From: the human T2T-CHM13v2.0 reference genome, Homo sapiens
DNA: 64,000 nt
Assembly: GCF_009914755.1 (NCBI RefSeq)
Contig: NC_060937.1
Reading direction: 5' to 3' (one strand)
Shown here: in pieces, positions 60,174 to 64,000 of the stretch
How positions within the stretch are numbered: the stretch's first letter is position 1
Layout of the letters: each line of letters opens with the position of its first letter
The notes under the pieces: model-generated
The model's input: the letters and a program-made list of their open reading frames with translations, nothing else
Database searches by the model: none
Told to the model about the DNA's origin: nothing
Program-made: the position numbers and the translations under genes

Positions 60174-63100
60174 TCCCGCTTCCAACGAAATCCTCAAAGC
60201 AATCCAAATATCCACTTGCAGAATCCACAAAAAGAGTGTTTCAAAACTGCTCTATCAATAGAAAGGTTCAACTCTTTTAGTTGAGTACACACATCACAAA
60301 CAAGTTTCTGAGAATGCTTCTGTCTGGCTTTTATTGGAAGACGTTTCCTTTTCACCAAAGGCATCAAAGCGCTCCAAATGTCCACTTCCAGATTCTTCCA
60401 AAAGAGTGTTTGAAACGTGCTCAAAGTAAGGGAATGTTCAACTCTGTGACTTGAATGCAGATATCACCAAGTAGTTTCTAATAGTGCTTCTGTCTAGATT
60501 TTAGATGATGATATTCCCGTTTCCAACGAAATCGTTAGAGCTATCCAAATATCCACTTACAGTTTCTACAAAAAGAGTGTTTCCAAACTGCTGCATCAAA
60601 AGAAAGGTTCAACTCTGTTAGTTGAGGACACACATCACAAAGAAGTTTGTGAGAATGCTTCTGTCTAGATTTTGTATGACCATATTCCCTTTTCCAGCGA
60701 TATCATTAAAGCAATCTAAATATCCATTTGCAGAATCCACAAAAATAGAGTTTCAAAGCTGCTCTGTAAAAAGAAAGGTTCCACTCTGTTAGCTGAGTAC
60801 ACACATCACAAACTTGTTTCTGAGAATCCTTCTGTCTCGTTTTTATGGGAAGATATTTACTTTTTCACCGTAGGCATCAAAGCGCTCCAAATGTCCACAT
60901 CCAGATACTCCAGAAAGAGTGTTTCAAACCTGCTCTATGAAAGGGAATCTTCAACTCTATGAGTTGAATGCAGACATCAGAAAGAAATTTCTGAGAATGC
61001 TGCTGTCTACCTTTTATTTGAATTCCCGCTTCCAACGAAATCCTCCAAGCTATCCAAATATCCACCTGCATTTTCCACAAAAAGAGCGTTTCAAAACTGC
61101 TCTATCAATAGAAATGTTCAACTCCTTTGGCTGGGTACACACATCACAAACAAGTTTCTGAGAATGCTTCTGTCTAGTTTTTATGGGAAGACATTCCCTT
61201 TTTCACCAAAGGCATCAAAGCGCTCCAAATGTCCACTTCCAGACACTACAAAAAGAGTGTTTCCAACGTGCTCTAAGAAAGCGAATGTTCAACTCTGTGA
61301 CTTGAATGCAGATATCACAAAGTAGTTTCTGAGAGGGCTTCTGTCTAGATTTTAGATGATGATATTCCCGTTTCCAACGAAATCATTAGAGCTATCCAAA
61401 TATCCACTTACAGTTTCTACAAAAAGAGTGTTTCCAAACTGCTGCATCAAAAGAGAGGTTCCACTCTTTTAGCTGAGTACACACATCACAAACTTGTTTC
61501 TGAGAATCCTTCTGTGTCGTTTTTCTGGGAAGATATTTACTTTTTCACCGTAGGCATCAAAGCGCTCCAAATGTCCACATCCAGATACTCCAGAAAGAGT
61601 GTTTCAAACCTGCTCTATGAAAGGGAATCTTCAACTCTATGAGTTGAATGCAGACATCAGAAAGAAATTTCTGAGAATGCTGCTGTCTACCTTTTATTTG
61701 AATTCCCGCTTCCAACGAAATCCTCCAAGCTATCCAAATATCCACTTGCAGATTCCACAAAAAGAGTGTTTCAAAACTGCTCTCTATCAATGGCAAAGTT
61801 CAACTCTGTTAGTTGAGGACACATATCACCAACAAGTTTCTGAGAATGCTTCTGTCTATTTTTTATGGGAAGATATTTCCTTTTTCACCGTAGGCGTCAA
61901 GGCGATCGAAATGTCCACTTCCACAAACTACAAAAAGAGTGTTTCAAACCTGCTCTATGAAAGGCCATGTTCATCTCTATGAGTCGAATGGAAATATCCG
62001 AAAAAATTTCTGGGAATGCTGCTGTCTAGTTTTTATACGAATTCCCGCTTCCAACGAAATCCTCAAAGCAATCCAAATATCCACTTGCAGAATCCACAAA
62101 AAGAGTGTTTCAAAACTGCTCTATCAATAGAAAGGTTCAACTCTTTTAGTTGAGTACACACATCACAAACAAGTTTCTGAGAATGCTTCTGTCTGGCTTT
62201 TATTGGAAGACGTTTCCTTTTCACCAAAGGCATCAAAGCGCTCCAAATGTCCACTTCCAGATTCTTCCAAAAGAGTGTTTGAAACGTGCTCAAAGTAAGG
62301 GAATGTTCAACTCTGTGACTTGAATGCAGATATCACCAAGTAGTTTCTAATAGTGCTTCTGTCTAGATTTTAGATGATGATATTCCCGTTTCCAACGAAA
62401 TCGTTAGAGCTATCCAAATATCCACTTACAGTTGCTACAAAAAGAGTGTTTCCAAACTGCTGCATCAAAAGAAAGGTTCAACTCTGTTAGTTGAGGACAC
62501 ACATCACAAAGAAGTTTGTGAGAATGCTTCTGTCTAGATTTTGTATGACCATATTCCCTTTTCCAGCGATATCATTAAAGCAATCTAAATATCCATTTGC
62601 AGAATCCACAAAAATAGAGTTTCAAAGCTGCTCTGTAAAAAGAAAGGTTCCACTCTGTTAGCTGAGTACACACATCACAAACTTGTTTCTCAGAATCCTT
62701 CTGTCTCGTTTTTATGGGAAGATATTTACTTTTTCACCGTAGGCATCAAAGCGCTCCAAATGTCCACATCCAGATACTCCAGAAAGAGTGTTTCAAACCT
62801 GCTCTATGAAAGGGAATCTTCAACTCTATGAGTTGAATGCAGACATCAGAAAGAAATTTCTGAGAATGCTGCTGTCTACCTTTTATTTGAATTCCCGCTT
62901 CCAACGAAATCCTCCAAGCTATCCAAATATCCACCTGCATTTTCCACAAAAAGAGCGTTTCAAAACTGCTCTATCAATAGAAATGTTCAACTCCTTTGGC
63001 TGGGTACACACATCACAAACAAGTTTCTGAGAATGCTTCTGTCTAGTTTTTATGGGAAGACATTCCCTTTTTCACCAAAGGCATCAAAGCGCTCCAAATG

Positions 63101-63912
63101 TCCACTTCCAGACACTACAAAAAGAGTGTTTCCAACGTGCTCTAAGAAAGCGAATGTTCAACTCTGTGACTTGAATGCAGATATCACAAAGTAGTTTCTG
63201 AGAGGGCTTCTGTCTAGATTTTAGATGATGATATTCCCGTTTCCAACGAAATCATTAGAGCTATCCAAATATCCACTTACAGTTTCTACAAAAAGAGTGT
63301 TTCCAAACTGCTGCATCAAAAGAGAGGTTCCACTCTGTTAGCTGAGTACACACATCACAAACTTGTTTCTCAGAATCCTTCTGTCTCGTTTTTCTGGGAA
63401 GATATTTACTTTTTCACCGTAGGCATCAAAGCGCTCCAAATGTCCACATCCAGATACTCCAGAAAGAGTGTTTCAAACCTGCTCTATGAAAGGGAATCTT
63501 CAACTCTATGAGTTGAATGCAGACATCAGAAAGAAATTTCTGAGAATGCTGCTGTCTACCTTTTATTTGAATTCCCGCTTCCAACGAAATCCTCCAAGCT
63601 ATCCAAATATCCACTTGCAGATTCCACAAAAAGAGTGTTTCAAAACTGCTCTCTATCAATGGCAAAGTTCAACTCTGTTAGTTGAGGACACATATCACCA
63701 ACAAGTTTCTGAGAATGCTTCTGTCTATTTTTTATGGGAAGATATTTCCTTTTTCACCGTAGGCGTCAAGGCGATCGAAATGTCCACTTCCACAAACTAC
63801 AAAAAGAGTGTTTCAAACCTGCTCTATGAAAGGCCATGTTCATCTCTATGAGTCGAATGGAAATATCCGAAAGAAATTTCTGGGAATGCTGCTGTCTAGT
63901 TTTTATACGAAT
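60174..63912 (-). repeat. Two 11-mer HORs (1,869 and 1,870 bp) of the same haplotype as the first 11-mer
   Basis: They share CACCTGCATTTT, GAGCGTTTC, TCAATAGAAATG and TTTGGCTGGGTACAC with 47,940-49,809. A 1-bp deletion lies near 62,004 (CCGAAAAAATTTC vs CCGAAAGAAATTTC). Confidence 0.88.
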
Positions 63913-64000
63913 TCCCGCTTCCAACGAAATCCTCAAAGCAATCCAAATATCCACTTGCAGAATCCACAAAAAGAGTGTTTCAAAACTGCTCTATCAATAG

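Larger units (their letters stand above)
47599..64000 (-). repeat. Alpha-satellite (171-bp) higher-order repeat array, D13Z1/D21Z1-type (SF2, S2C13/21H1L), with 11-mers and 7-mers
   Basis: ~170-bp monomers carry typical alphoid motifs (CAAAAAGAGTGTTTCAAAACTGCTC, GTTCAACTCTGTGACTTGAATGCA, TTTCTGAGAATGCTTCTGTCTAG). HOR starts at 47940, 49810, 51000, 52190, 54058, 55248, 57116, 58306, 60174, 62043 and 63913 give unit lengths 1870, 1190, 1190, 1868, 1190, 1868, 1190, 1868, 1869, 1870. An 11-mer with a 7-mer (minus 680 bp) variant is characteristic of the chr13/21 family. CENP-B boxes read on the minus strand. Confidence 0.93.

Noticed and set aside
47960-63969. Repeated 63-127 aa ORFs in alpha satellite (MFQTCSMKG..., MSTFQTLFWK...)
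   Set aside because: Spurious translations of alphoid monomers that simply track the HOR period.
1-64000. Transposon insertions (Alu/L1), HSat1B, HSat2/3 or strand inversions
   Set aside because: None seen: no Alu fragments, poly(A) tails with target-site duplications or CATTC repeats, and both arrays keep one orientation.
47599-64000. Claim that this is the kinetochore-forming (CENP-A/CDR) site, or a firm chr13 assignment
   Set aside because: CENP-A position is epigenetic and cannot be read from sequence. D13Z1 and D21Z1 are nearly identical, so the chromosome needs alignment to settle.

Overview
The window is pure tandem satellite DNA from a human (great-ape-type) centromere and contains no credible genes. 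Bases 1-~47,598 are AT-rich 42-bp classical satellite I (HSat1A/SAR). The array is hierarchical: a ~3,013-bp 72-monomer unit survives near the edge, and rearranged derivatives (2,364, 2,384, 3,306, 5,399 and 1,466 bp) were re-amplified as 13,453-bp and 6,865-bp tandem blocks. At ~47,600 it joins directly to a CENP-B-box-rich alpha-satellite higher-order repeat (HOR) array of 11-mers (~1,870 bp) and 7-mers (1,190 bp). This matches the D13Z1/D21Z1 family; chr13 is favoured but not proven. All ORFs in the track are translation artefacts of the repeats. I found no new protein-coding system. The points of interest are the nested repeat architecture, the junction, a local 18-mer alpha super-repeat, and a speculative strand-specific array of Pumilio-element motifs (TGTANATA) in most HSat1A monomers. 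All periods were read by hand from marker and ORF coordinates.
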